A DNA stretch of 59,021 bases, taken from IMG/VR virus record IMGVR_UViG_3300006329_000017, positions 1 to 59,021 of that record. One strand, 5' to 3'. The notes under the pieces are model-generated. The model made no database searches. It was not told the origin of the DNA and saw nothing but the letters and a program-made list of their open reading frames with translations. The first letter of the stretch is position 1, and the number at the start of each line of letters is the position of its first letter. Below are positions 8,237 to 17,203 of the stretch, in pieces. A program made the translations under genes and the position numbers. This DNA is from a virus. Lineage: Duplodnaviria; Caudoviricetes.

Positions 8237-8422
8237 CTAAACTATATAGGCTTCCGACCCCATCATCTTATCTCTTGTGGCAATACTTAACTGGTACATC
8301 TTCTCATGTAAGGTTGCTACTGGCCAAGAATCATATGGATGCTTAGTCTTTCCTGGTATGTACTTATAGTTTCGGTCAAACCATTCATCGTATGGTACTC
8401 TGTCTGGTGCCTTGTATGTCAT
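8237..8422 (-). CDS. Hypothetical protein, 61 aa
   Basis: ATGA overlap with the upstream gene. Confidence 0.65.
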   Translation of the reverse strand: MTYKAPDRVPYDEWFDRNYKYIPGKTKHPYDSWPVATLHEKMYQLSIATRDKMMGSEAYIV

Positions 8423-8676
8423 TTCTTATCTGCTGTAAATTTACGGTTCTTCATGTAACCCCACTTGCCTTTGTGTAATGCTCTTACACCTTTGGGGTTC
8501 CTGATAGCATTCTTCTGTTTCTCTTTGGCATCAGCATCCTTAGCCATAAATTCCTTGTACCTTTTCTTACCGTACTTGGATTTATACTTGGTTTCTTTTG
8601 CCTTTACTTTTTCTTGTTCGTAGGATTTAAGCCTATCGGCAGCAGCATCGTTATCCCACTCTAGGATTGCTGTCAC
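8419..8676 (-). CDS. Lysine-rich hypothetical protein, 85 aa
   Basis: GTGA overlap; N-terminal ILE as a possible gp21 cleavage site. Confidence 0.65.
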   Translation of the reverse strand: MTAILEWDNDAAADRLKSYEQEKVKAKETKYKSKYGKKRYKEFMAKDADAKEKQKNAIRNPKGVRALHKGKWGYMKNRKFTADKK

Positions 8677-9173
8677 CTTCTTGCCTCTTTCTTTTTCTTA
8701 TCATACTCAGCAGTTGCTGCAAGCATCTTCTTCTTAAGATTATCCTTTGCTTTGCTAGTCTTACTGTGAGCAGTAGCACCTACAGATGCAGGTAGAGCAG
8801 CACCTGTTACTGCAACCTCTTTGATTGGTTCGATTTCTATATCAACTCTAGCATCATATCCATCAGGGACACGAGACTTTGCTAGTGCGAGTGATTCTTT
8901 CTGTAACTTATCTCTTCTCTTGATGACTGCACCTCGTACCTTTCTTCTATACTTAAGATACTTGTCATCTTTTTGGTTCTTTTTACCGTCGTTGTTGATG
9001 TCAGAATCTTCTTTACCGACGGGATCTAATTTTTCTTGCATAAGATCCTCCTTCTTTGGATTAATCATGATACCTTTTTTGACTTTGGTCCCGCCTTTCA
9101 TAATAGCAGGTTGATGGTCCTTGTCACGACGATCATTCTTATTTAATAGTGTTTGTTGTGCTCTGGAACTCAT
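8673..9173 (-). CDS. Basic putative internal head protein
   Basis: LDPVGKEDSDINNDG (DxDxNxDG loop); MQE/IKE possible cleavage sites. Confidence 0.65.
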   Translation of the reverse strand: MSSRAQQTLLNKNDRRDKDHQPAIMKGGTKVKKGIMINPKKEDLMQEKLDPVGKEDSDINNDGKKNQKDDKYLKYRRKVRGAVIKRRDKLQKESLALAKSRVPDGYDARVDIEIEPIKEVAVTGAALPASVGATAHSKTSKAKDNLKKKMLAATAEYDKKKKEARR

Positions 9174-10660
9174 GAGTTTACCTCCATTGCTTTACGCCAA
9201 TCATAACTTTCTCCCATACGTCTTGCAACATTACGGGAACCACGAGAAACACTACGGGCAATCTTACCAACGACTTTCTTGATACCAGCTTTTAAACCAC
9301 CACCTGAGGAACCAGATGATGAACTACTAGAACTAGATGGTTTGGAACCTCCACTACGACCTGAACCTGAGACATAACTGTTACCAGTTACACTAGATTT
9401 TCCGTCTGTACTAGAACTAGATGATGTAGAAACACTGGACTTCACTTTTTTCTTAGCAGACGCACGAGCATCTTTATATCCAGACTTAAAGTCTGATCCA
9501 GCTTTCTTAGCAGCACTACCCACCTTACTAGCAACGTTAACTGCTGTACCTGCAGCTTTACCTGCTTGATATGGTACTTTCTTTAACCCCTTCTTAACAG
9601 CTGAACCTGCACTCTTAAGTGCTGACTTCACTTTTTCTGCACGAGAAGGACCAGAGTTGTCTTTGCTAGGTTGCTTGTCTTGTAATGTCTTACGAGCAAT
9701 GGCACCTGCATCTCTTGGTTTTTCTTTCTTTGGTGCTTGTACTGCAACATTAGGGAATGCTGAATGCTTTGATGGTGCTTCTGTTAACAACTCTATGCCA
9801 TCTATAGCTTCGAGTGCTTCATTAAGTGAACCTTCATCCAACTCTTCTAATGCTTCTACAAATAATGTTTCGAGTTCTTCGAAACTAATCTCATCGATGT
9901 AATCATCATCTAGGTCGATGTATCTTTCGATAAGATCATCGATAGTCTCTTCACCAAGCCTTTTCTTTTTCTGAGCAGAGTATAAACGAGAAGACTGTGC
10001 TAGTTTCTTCTTAGCCTTCTCTTTATCACCTGCTACTGCTGCCTTACCTCTTTCCACTTCAGCCTTCTTGGATGCTTTTAGTGCGAGGTCAGCAGAGATT
10101 TCTGTAATAGTGTCCTCTTTGACATGATCTGCTTTTTTATAGACGGGTTCCCCCTTCTTGTTCTTCATGCCTTTCTTAAAGTTCTGCCATGCAGGAGTGT
10201 TACCTTTCTTATCAGCGTTAGTAACTGTCATAGCTTCCAACATAGATCTATGCAAGTCATCTATATCAATAGACTCCTTAGGACCTTGTACACCTATGTC
10301 TTCTGCATACTTAGCAGTCTTCTCTCCTTTCTTACCTACTACAATGTAACGACCATCAGATTTACGACCAGTGATAACCATTGATTGTCCACCAGGTGAG
10401 ATAACTCTACCGATGTTACGATCATCAGGTGAGATACGCTTGTTCTTATCGATCAATTCTTTCTCGATAGGAAATCCACCATACCCTTCGAAAGTATCTT
10501 GGATAGGTGACTCATCGATGATCTTAATGATCTTATCAACTGTCTCCTGCATACGTTGGGAGGGAGCTTGTGACTCTCTGTCAACATGTTTTAGGATTGT
10601 CATCTGTTCATCAAGGGTATAACCCATGAGTTCTGCAGACACTTTTATGTCAGTTGTCAT
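9170..10660 (-). CDS. Large low-complexity putative internal head (poly)protein
   Basis: Alternating acidic and Lys/Ser-rich blocks; several hydrophobic-x-E sites (MLE, ITE, LGE, LNE, LTE, MGE); late promoter at 10685-10691. Confidence 0.7.
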   Translation of the reverse strand: MTTDIKVSAELMGYTLDEQMTILKHVDRESQAPSQRMQETVDKIIKIIDESPIQDTFEGYGGFPIEKELIDKNKRISPDDRNIGRVISPGGQSMVITGRKSDGRYIVVGKKGEKTAKYAEDIGVQGPKESIDIDDLHRSMLEAMTVTNADKKGNTPAWQNFKKGMKNKKGEPVYKKADHVKEDTITEISADLALKASKKAEVERGKAAVAGDKEKAKKKLAQSSRLYSAQKKKRLGEETIDDLIERYIDLDDDYIDEISFEELETLFVEALEELDEGSLNEALEAIDGIELLTEAPSKHSAFPNVAVQAPKKEKPRDAGAIARKTLQDKQPSKDNSGPSRAEKVKSALKSAGSAVKKGLKKVPYQAGKAAGTAVNVASKVGSAAKKAGSDFKSGYKDARASAKKKVKSSVSTSSSSSTDGKSSVTGNSYVSGSGRSGGSKPSSSSSSSSGSSGGGLKAGIKKVVGKIARSVSRGSRNVARRMGESYDWRKAMEVNS

Positions 10661-10683
10661 TGCTTTTTAGTAGTCCGTAACTA

Positions 10684-11781
10684 TTATTTAGGTGTTGCAA
10701 CCTTTCTAAAGTCGGAAAACTTAACTCCGAATTTAGTTGTTGCTTGTCCAGGTGTCATGTCCTGTACTGCTTGACGATATTTATCTGTACCAACCTTCCA
10801 ATCATTTCCTGATCCATCATCTGCAGAGAAGTTAGATTGATCCTTCCTGTTCTTACTAGCATCTGTAACTTCTGTTACATGATGCAACCATGTGCGGAAT
10901 TCATCACCATGCTCATCCTTAAGGATGACATAGTTACTACCACGATGAACAATAGTACCACGAATACCAGTGTCATCATACTCTACTAATGTACCTACCT
11001 CAAAGATCTCTTCTTCGATGTAGTGTTCTCTCAATTCTTCTTGGTTAAGTTTAGGTGCAAACAACCATGACTCTGTTTTTGCTTTCTCTTGCTTGGCTTT
11101 TGCCTTCTTGAGTTTCTCAGGTGGTGTCATACCTGCTTTAACATCTGCCATCAGTTTTAGAGAGTGTGCCTTACTAAAACCTTTAGGCATACCTAGATGA
11201 AAATTATCATGGTCATCACCTGACGCATGTTTCCTCTGATCTGATGCTGAAAGTCTTTCTACAGGGTCTTCGGAGTCTTTGTTTCTTGCTCCTCCAGACT
11301 GTATATTAATACTCTTAAAGTTATAGTGCTTACCGTTATACTTGTCAGTTAACTTCTGAAATTCTTTTACACGATCATCACCTACTACCATAGTAACATG
11401 CTCATGCCCCTCATCATTGAGGTCACGAAGGATATCAAATATATTTCTATGCTGTTCAGAATTTTGGATCTTATCCTTATGATTCTTAAACATCTTACGC
11501 ATGTGATCAACCTTTTGATTAGCATCTAGAGGGTTCTTCTTATGATCCTGTGTCCTACTAGGATAGATCCTGTAGTTACCAGAGTCACCACCTGCTTTCT
11601 GCACAGCATCAAGCATCTTACCATGACCTGCATGTGGTGGATTAAATCTACCAAAAGTTATGGCAACATGTTTGTCTGCAGCCTGCCTTTCCGCTTTACC
11701 ATTACCTGTAGGTTTGGCTTTCGGATTGGTTTTCTTGGTAGCATCGTATGCTTCAGTTATAAAGACGTGAAATGTTAACAT
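10684..11781 (-). CDS. HxGH-class nucleotidyltransferase ('cytidyltransferase'-like) with a capsid-targeting-like N-terminus
   Basis: TFGRFNPPHAGH, VVGDDR, LSASDQR; begins MLTFHVFITE-A. Confidence 0.85.
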   Translation of the reverse strand: MLTFHVFITEAYDATKKTNPKAKPTGNGKAERQAADKHVAITFGRFNPPHAGHGKMLDAVQKAGGDSGNYRIYPSRTQDHKKNPLDANQKVDHMRKMFKNHKDKIQNSEQHRNIFDILRDLNDEGHEHVTMVVGDDRVKEFQKLTDKYNGKHYNFKSINIQSGGARNKDSEDPVERLSASDQRKHASGDDHDNFHLGMPKGFSKAHSLKLMADVKAGMTPPEKLKKAKAKQEKAKTESWLFAPKLNQEELREHYIEEEIFEVGTLVEYDDTGIRGTIVHRGSNYVILKDEHGDEFRTWLHHVTEVTDASKNRKDQSNFSADDGSGNDWKVGTDKYRQAVQDMTPGQATTKFGVKFSDFRKVATPK

Positions 11782-12960
11782 TTATCCCCAATTTTTTGCA
11801 ACGGTGAAGTTAGCACGACTGAACTCTAATCTATCGACCAGTTTCATAGCAGTACCATTTTTAATAGCAACGAATCCCTCAGGACTTGTTACTCGGTACC
11901 CATCTTCATCCTCTATAAACGTACCAATGCCTTTAACCTTTTGTAGTCTACTGATGATGATGTTTTTAGCAGTCATCAATGCAGTAAAGGCATTCATAGC
12001 ACTATGTATGGCAGTTTTGTTACTATTTAGGTATGAAATAGTTTGTCGTTTCTTTTCTTGCCATTGTTTCTTTGCTTTCTCGGTCTTTTTCTTCGCTATT
12101 TCCATGTCAAAGCGTCCTGACACAAAGGCAACAAACCCCCTAAGCATAACAGCAGAGGATGATGGAACGTTACCACTACGAACTACTTGGTTAAAGTACA
12201 TCTTAAACATTGCAGTGTATTCGAATGGTTTCTTACCACCTAAGAGGTCAAGAAAGTTTCTACCCTTAGTCATGCTAGTCTTAGCAGAATTTATATTCTT
12301 ATTAACTGCTGCTTTCTCCATAGCAGTTAGAGTAACCTCCTTACCTGTAGTCTGGAAGTCTGAAGATAATACTGCTACGTCAGGTACACCTTGTAGTCCT
12401 GCTACATTTGCACCAAAGGATGCAGTTGCTTCTGGTAATGATGCTCCACTATATGTTGTATGAAATACTATACCCAACTTTGATGCAGCAACCTTATTAC
12501 CTAGTTCACTACCTTCTTGTGCAAAGTATGTAATAGTATTAGGTCTAAACTTATATCCACTTACACCACCCATCTTCGCTAGACCAGGAGTACTTGTGTA
12601 CAATAGATCACCTTGTAGAATACCTGAGATAGGTAATTTCTTAAGTTCTGATAAACATTTCTTTAGGATACCATTTATAGGACCAGGATAATGATGATCT
12701 ACATCTGCATCAGAGAACGCTGCTTTAGGTACCTTATTAAATACTGACTTGGTTCCTACAAAGAATAGTCCTGTCTCTGGATCAGTACCACATACAATAG
12801 CAGGTGCACCGTCCCATTTAGTTGTGATCCTAGTACCTGTAACCTGTGTCCCTAGCATGTCACGAAGGGACTCTAAAAATTTTATTGCATTTAGACCACC
12901 TGCATACCCATTATTAATGAGTTCATCTTCCAGATGTTCTAAGTGTGTGTTCTTACTCAT
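11782..12960 (-). CDS. Conserved T4-like protein with ligase/covalent nucleotidyltransferase motifs
   Basis: TTKWDG (motif I), LQGDLLY (III), PEGFV (IV), MKLV (V). Confidence 0.7.
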   Translation of the reverse strand: MSKNTHLEHLEDELINNGYAGGLNAIKFLESLRDMLGTQVTGTRITTKWDGAPAIVCGTDPETGLFFVGTKSVFNKVPKAAFSDADVDHHYPGPINGILKKCLSELKKLPISGILQGDLLYTSTPGLAKMGGVSGYKFRPNTITYFAQEGSELGNKVAASKLGIVFHTTYSGASLPEATASFGANVAGLQGVPDVAVLSSDFQTTGKEVTLTAMEKAAVNKNINSAKTSMTKGRNFLDLLGGKKPFEYTAMFKMYFNQVVRSGNVPSSSAVMLRGFVAFVSGRFDMEIAKKKTEKAKKQWQEKKRQTISYLNSNKTAIHSAMNAFTALMTAKNIIISRLQKVKGIGTFIEDEDGYRVTSPEGFVAIKNGTAMKLVDRLEFSRANFTVAKNWG

Positions 12961-12964
12961 GTCC

Positions 12965-13975
12965 TTATTCTAGCACCTCTACGTTGGATCTGTTCTGGAT
13001 AAAGTCCAGTGGATAAATTGCCACACGAGCACCACTATAGCGTGTACTGTCATACTCAAAACCCCTTCCTGCTCTGTATGTGGCACCTAGAACTGGTCGG
13101 TATTCATCTAGATCGTTTGAGTGTATAGCATTACCATTCCATCTGGTATGCTCACTGAAACTAAATGAGTATGTTGATTCCGTTTGTCTGGTCAACACAG
13201 CATTAGCTTGCCCAATAACATGTACATTATCAATACCAAAAGCACTACCATAGTTAGGACCATAGATTGATCTCATCATTAGAGTACCACCTGATACTAA
13301 TTTATACACTGGATTTGTTAATCGGTCATCTACAATACGTTCTGCAACTTCTCCTAAGAAACCTTGCACCTCATCATCATCTAAAATTAATCTTGGGTCT
13401 GCCAGTGAACCTGCTTTAGAACTCAAACCACCATACTGTTGGTATGCTTTAGCACCACCTGCCTTCTTGTGTGATATGTAGAGTACCTTATCACCTTTAG
13501 AGTTTACAATAGCAAAGTCTGCTTTAGCTTCTCTACCGTTAACTTTATCAGTCACATTGACTACACCTACACAGTCCTGTACAGAACCAGTGGGTGTGTT
13601 GAGTGTAATAGGACCGATCTCTCTGACTATTTCTGTAATTCTTTGATTCAGTTGTTGCATAGCAGCAGTCTCAGCAGCAAGTACATTTGTTCTGGTTGGT
13701 TTACGAATTCTATTGAGAGCAACATACCCTGTCCTACCACGGTTAGTAACTTTGGCCACCGCCAATCTACCAATAGTTTCTTGCCTATTAGATGCTAAAG
13801 TAAGTGAGTCTCCTGCTGATAATACACCATGAGAACTCTGCTTATTTAAGGTATAGAAAGTTGCTTCTAAGTTATTCTCAATAACTAATTCTAAATCTTG
13901 CCAACTACTATTGTTAGCAATATACTTATTAAAAGAACTCTGACCATCTGTAGTGGGTCTTGATAGGAGTGCCAT
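12965..13975 (-). CDS. Putative PD-(D/E)XK restriction-endonuclease-like protein with SH3b-like N-terminal domain
   Basis: EAKADFAIV...LYISHKK...YQQYGG; N-terminal GVLSAGDSLTL...AKVT..GRTGYV. Confidence 0.55.
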   Translation of the reverse strand: MALLSRPTTDGQSSFNKYIANNSSWQDLELVIENNLEATFYTLNKQSSHGVLSAGDSLTLASNRQETIGRLAVAKVTNRGRTGYVALNRIRKPTRTNVLAAETAAMQQLNQRITEIVREIGPITLNTPTGSVQDCVGVVNVTDKVNGREAKADFAIVNSKGDKVLYISHKKAGGAKAYQQYGGLSSKAGSLADPRLILDDDEVQGFLGEVAERIVDDRLTNPVYKLVSGGTLMMRSIYGPNYGSAFGIDNVHVIGQANAVLTRQTESTYSFSFSEHTRWNGNAIHSNDLDEYRPVLGATYRAGRGFEYDSTRYSGARVAIYPLDFIQNRSNVEVLE

Positions 13976-14006
13976 TAAAAAAGAGGGTATTACCCCTCTA
14001 TTTATT
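13976..14006 (-). promoter_or_regulatory. Late promoter AATAAATA overlapping a terminator-like hairpin
   Basis: AATAAATA-GAGGGG-TAAT-ACCCTC-TTTTTT-AATG. Confidence 0.65.
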
Positions 14007-14157
14007 GATGATAAGAAGGAGCATATCCTTCCTTCGGGTCTTTTTGTTCAGACTTAAGTCTATTATATAACTCTTTGGTTTTTGTATCACTCTTACGATG
14101 CATCCAAAGGTTCATTATAATAGTATCAAACTCTTCATTAGTTATCTTTAAGTCCAT
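14002..14157 (-). CDS. Hypothetical protein, 51 aa (below track cutoff)
   Basis: MDLKITNEEFDTIIMNLWMHRKSDTKTKELYNRLKSEQKDPKEGYAPSYHQ; GAGG RBS; fills the gap. Confidence 0.6.
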   Translation of the reverse strand: MDLKITNEEFDTIIMNLWMHRKSDTKTKELYNRLKSEQKDPKEGYAPSYHQ

Positions 14158-14341
14158 TCCTTACCTCATCTACAGTGTTTAAAAGTTCGGTAACCTGAAC
14201 TAGGTTCTCGATGTTGTGTAAAATATCTGCAATATGTTTACTCACATACGGGGGTTCCGTCCTCGATGAAAAGGACAGTGCATTCCTGAGGTCTTCCTGT
14301 GCCTCTCTTAATGAATCTTCTACTTGTTGACTCAGTGCCAT
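14138..14341 (-). CDS. Hypothetical protein, 67 aa
   Basis: MALSQQVEDSLREAQ...; recurrent cyanophage small ORF. Confidence 0.75.
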   Translation of the reverse strand: MALSQQVEDSLREAQEDLRNALSFSSRTEPPYVSKHIADILHNIENLVQVTELLNTVDEVRNGLKDN

Positions 14342-14513
14342 GATTGTCGTTCCAATGTCGAATGTTACCTGCGATAATAAAACAATTAGTTATTACTAAC
14401 TGTACAAAGATAAAAGTTCTGATGATGCAGATAATATCATCATACCTCTTTGTGGTTTCGTCTTGGAAAGATCCGAGTGCGTACTTCCAGATCTTCCACA
14501 CTTCACCCATCAT
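14238..14513 (-). CDS. Small membrane protein
   Basis: WKYALGSF...IRTFIFVQLVITNCFIIAGNIRHW, one TM helix. Confidence 0.7.
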   Translation of the reverse strand: MMGEVWKIWKYALGSFQDETTKRYDDIICIIRTFIFVQLVITNCFIIAGNIRHWNDNHGTESTSRRFIKRGTGRPQECTVLFIEDGTPVCE

Positions 14514-14587
14514 ACCCAGTACTTATATAATGTATATATTACACCAATTAGTACGATGGTAGCGAGTGCACCCATTACATAAATCAT
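14510..14587 (-). CDS. 25-aa single-TM peptide
   Basis: MIYVMGALATIVLIGVIYTLYKYWV; ATGA overlaps at both ends. Confidence 0.55.
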   Translation of the reverse strand: MIYVMGALATIVLIGVIYTLYKYWV

Positions 14588-15270
14588 ATGTCACCCTCCT
14601 TACGGTTCTCTGATTCTTCGATTGAGAACTCACCACCAGGATATCTAGCAGCAAGTTTAAGTGAGTTAGTATAGAACACTTCATCCAAACGAATGTCAAG
14701 TGCCCTTGCTGCACACGCAGCATACCATAGTACATCACCCAACTCTTTGATAAGATGCTCTTTGTTAGCATCGTTCCAAGGTTTCCCTTGGTACTTCAGC
14801 TTCTTAACGATCTCACAGAACTCACCTGCTTCAGCAGTTAGTCCTTGAGATGCAGTATCTAAACGAGCAATGTCACATCCCTGTTCAGATAGTTGTCTCA
14901 ACCTATCAATGTATTGTATCTTATCTTTACTAGCATCAGAACAAGTCTTGTCTTGGAAGTCCATGTACTTGTCTAAGTCTATCTGAAACTTAGTCTTGTC
15001 CTTCTTCTTCTTTTCATCGGTTCTAATTTTCTCTGCTGCTTGCCATGCAGTAAACCCTTTCTGTTTGATAAAATCTTCTGGAGTTTTAGGTGTTTCATCT
15101 GCAATCTTCTTAGCACCTTCTGCCATATCATCTTTGGCATCTTGTGCAGAGTTATTCATTTCCTCTGCTACTTTCTGTGCATTGTCAGTTGATGCAGGGT
15201 CAAAGGGTACAGGACCAGGTACTTCATTTTCATGGTCGTGGTCATGTCCGTGGGAATTCTTCTTGCTCAT
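14584..15270 (-). CDS. mazG: MazG-family NTP pyrophosphohydrolase with an N-terminal extension
   Basis: GLTAEAGEFCEIVKK, KELGDVLWY, KLAARYP. Confidence 0.92.
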   Translation of the reverse strand: MSKKNSHGHDHDHENEVPGPVPFDPASTDNAQKVAEEMNNSAQDAKDDMAEGAKKIADETPKTPEDFIKQKGFTAWQAAEKIRTDEKKKKDKTKFQIDLDKYMDFQDKTCSDASKDKIQYIDRLRQLSEQGCDIARLDTASQGLTAEAGEFCEIVKKLKYQGKPWNDANKEHLIKELGDVLWYAACAARALDIRLDEVFYTNSLKLAARYPGGEFSIEESENRKEGDI

Positions 15271-16637
15271 ATCTTAAATGAATCGAATTTGGTGGCGGTC
15301 TTGGCAATCTCTAAGACCTCTTCTTCACTACCTGAGTCGGTAAGTTGCTGCTGTTCACAATCATACAGCTTCATCTTTGATCTGTCAATACCTATGACAA
15401 ATCTTTTGTGAACTGTTGGATCATTATAACGGTTCTTTAATTGTTTAACCATTATTTGATTTACTCCCTCGAGCTCCTCTGTACTAATAAGAGCAAACAT
15501 GAGGTCAGCAGTAGCAGGGAGACCAAAGGATTCGGAGGTATCAGTAAGATCCACATCAGAACTACCATATCCAGAACGAGTAGTCTGAGTAGCTGAGACG
15601 ATTGGGACATTTGCTTCCACCGCAAGACCCCTAAGTTCCTCAGCAATTGCTTTAACGAACGTGTAAGAATTAACAATTGTATTTTTATAACGAGATGACG
15701 AACATATATTAAGGTAATCTATGAATATAATATCAGGACTAAACCCTTTCTTCATTGCTAACTCATTGATCAGTGACTTAAAGTGACCGACATGAGCAGA
15801 TGCAGTTGGGTATTCCTTAATGATAAGTCTGCCTTGTGTCTTTTTATTTAGCTTGTCTATCTTAGTCCTAAATTGTGCCTTACTAAAGAGTGGATCTTGG
15901 AGTTGTTGGATAGGTACATTAAGTAAGTTAGCATCTATCCTTTCTGCAATCTTCTCTTCAGCCATCTCCAAAGTAATATAGAGAACGTTCTTACCTTGGA
16001 GTAAACTAGAACTAGCACAATGGCACATAAACAAAGACTTACCCACACCAGTACCTGCAAGAGCAATGTTGAGAGTTTTATTAGGAAGTCCACCCTTTGT
16101 AATCTTGTTGAGGAGTTCCAGATCGAACGGAATCTTTTCCTCAATGGTGTGGTAGAAATCGTATCTTTGATCTGCGTCTCTAATATAATCGTGTCCAACT
16201 GTGTCATCAAAACTTGTACCTAATGCTTCCGACATAATATGTGGAATAGCATCCTTACTTTGTGTCTTATCCTGACCGTCAGCAATCTTAATACTATCCA
16301 TGAGAGCAAGGTAGATAGCACGTTCCTTACACCACTTTTCTGTTGTATCTAACAACCAATCTTTATTATAATGATCTCTATCAATCCTATTATCTAGGAA
16401 ATCTTCGATCTCCTTAATGATTTCTTCACTTATATCTCTCCTTTTTTCTACCTCAATCTTAAGTGCCTGAGGTTCAGGCATTGCAGAGAACTCCTGTACA
16501 TACTCCTGTACAGCAGTAAACAAAACCTTATTATTAATGGTGTCAAAATAATCATCCTTAAGAAAAGGCATGACTTGCCTACAATAATTCTCATCAAGGA
16601 TGAGTTTACTGAGGGTGATCTCTTCGATCTTTTGCAT
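15267..16637 (-). CDS. gp41: Replicative DNA helicase
   Basis: LAGTGVGKS, LEMAEE, IDYLNI, SATQTTR, KQLKNRY; ATG at 16637. Confidence 0.97.
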   Translation of the reverse strand: MQKIEEITLSKLILDENYCRQVMPFLKDDYFDTINNKVLFTAVQEYVQEFSAMPEPQALKIEVEKRRDISEEIIKEIEDFLDNRIDRDHYNKDWLLDTTEKWCKERAIYLALMDSIKIADGQDKTQSKDAIPHIMSEALGTSFDDTVGHDYIRDADQRYDFYHTIEEKIPFDLELLNKITKGGLPNKTLNIALAGTGVGKSLFMCHCASSSLLQGKNVLYITLEMAEEKIAERIDANLLNVPIQQLQDPLFSKAQFRTKIDKLNKKTQGRLIIKEYPTASAHVGHFKSLINELAMKKGFSPDIIFIDYLNICSSSRYKNTIVNSYTFVKAIAEELRGLAVEANVPIVSATQTTRSGYGSSDVDLTDTSESFGLPATADLMFALISTEELEGVNQIMVKQLKNRYNDPTVHKRFVIGIDRSKMKLYDCEQQQLTDSGSEEEVLEIAKTATKFDSFKI

Positions 16638-17203
16638 TAGAGGTAGTGTAAATAAGTGCTGACCACCCACTTGTCATGAGACAGGGGTGCTTTTCCTGAG
16701 TGAGGGAACATCCATGTGGGAGGGAAGACTAAGGCACTACCCTCCTTTGGTTGGATGCTGTGATCTATATTATGAAAGCATGTTTCTCCACCTTTGTCAA
16801 CATCATTAAGATAAAAGAACAAGGCAAGGAATCTTCTAGCACTATCATGGTTACCTACATCCACATGTAGATCAAACCTATCATTCTTTTCTTTATCATA
16901 GTGCTTGAGTTTAATTTGCTCAAATGAATTTTCTATTGGCCAGAAGTCTTTACAATTGACCTCTGCCATATAGATCTCAGAGAGACGCTTGATATATTGG
17001 ATCAATTGTTGATGAATCTTAACCCATTCATCCTTAGGATTTTCTTTCTCGATCTCATGGGTAATGTTAAACATATTCCATTGAGGTCTACCCTTCTGCT
17101 CCCACCTTTCTAGTTCAGTTTTCTTTCCTAGATCAATGATATTACGACAGAGACTGGGATCTAATGCCAGAGGGTAGTGTCTGACATAATCTTTAAGCTC
17201 CAT
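16637..17203 (-). CDS. 2OG-Fe(II) oxygenase (P4H-like)
   Basis: HVD...FYLND...GGET...FPH...K motif. Confidence 0.9.
   Translation of the reverse strand: MELKDYVRHYPLALDPSLCRNIIDLGKKTELERWEQKGRPQWNMFNITHEIEKENPKDEWVKIHQQLIQYIKRLSEIYMAEVNCKDFWPIENSFEQIKLKHYDKEKNDRFDLHVDVGNHDSARRFLALFFYLNDVDKGGETCFHNIDHSIQPKEGSALVFPPTWMFPHSGKAPLSHDKWVVSTYLHYL

Noticed and set aside
9300-9440. ACTAGA/GAACTA short repeats
   Set aside because: They simply encode the poly-Ser/Gly tract of the 496-aa protein.
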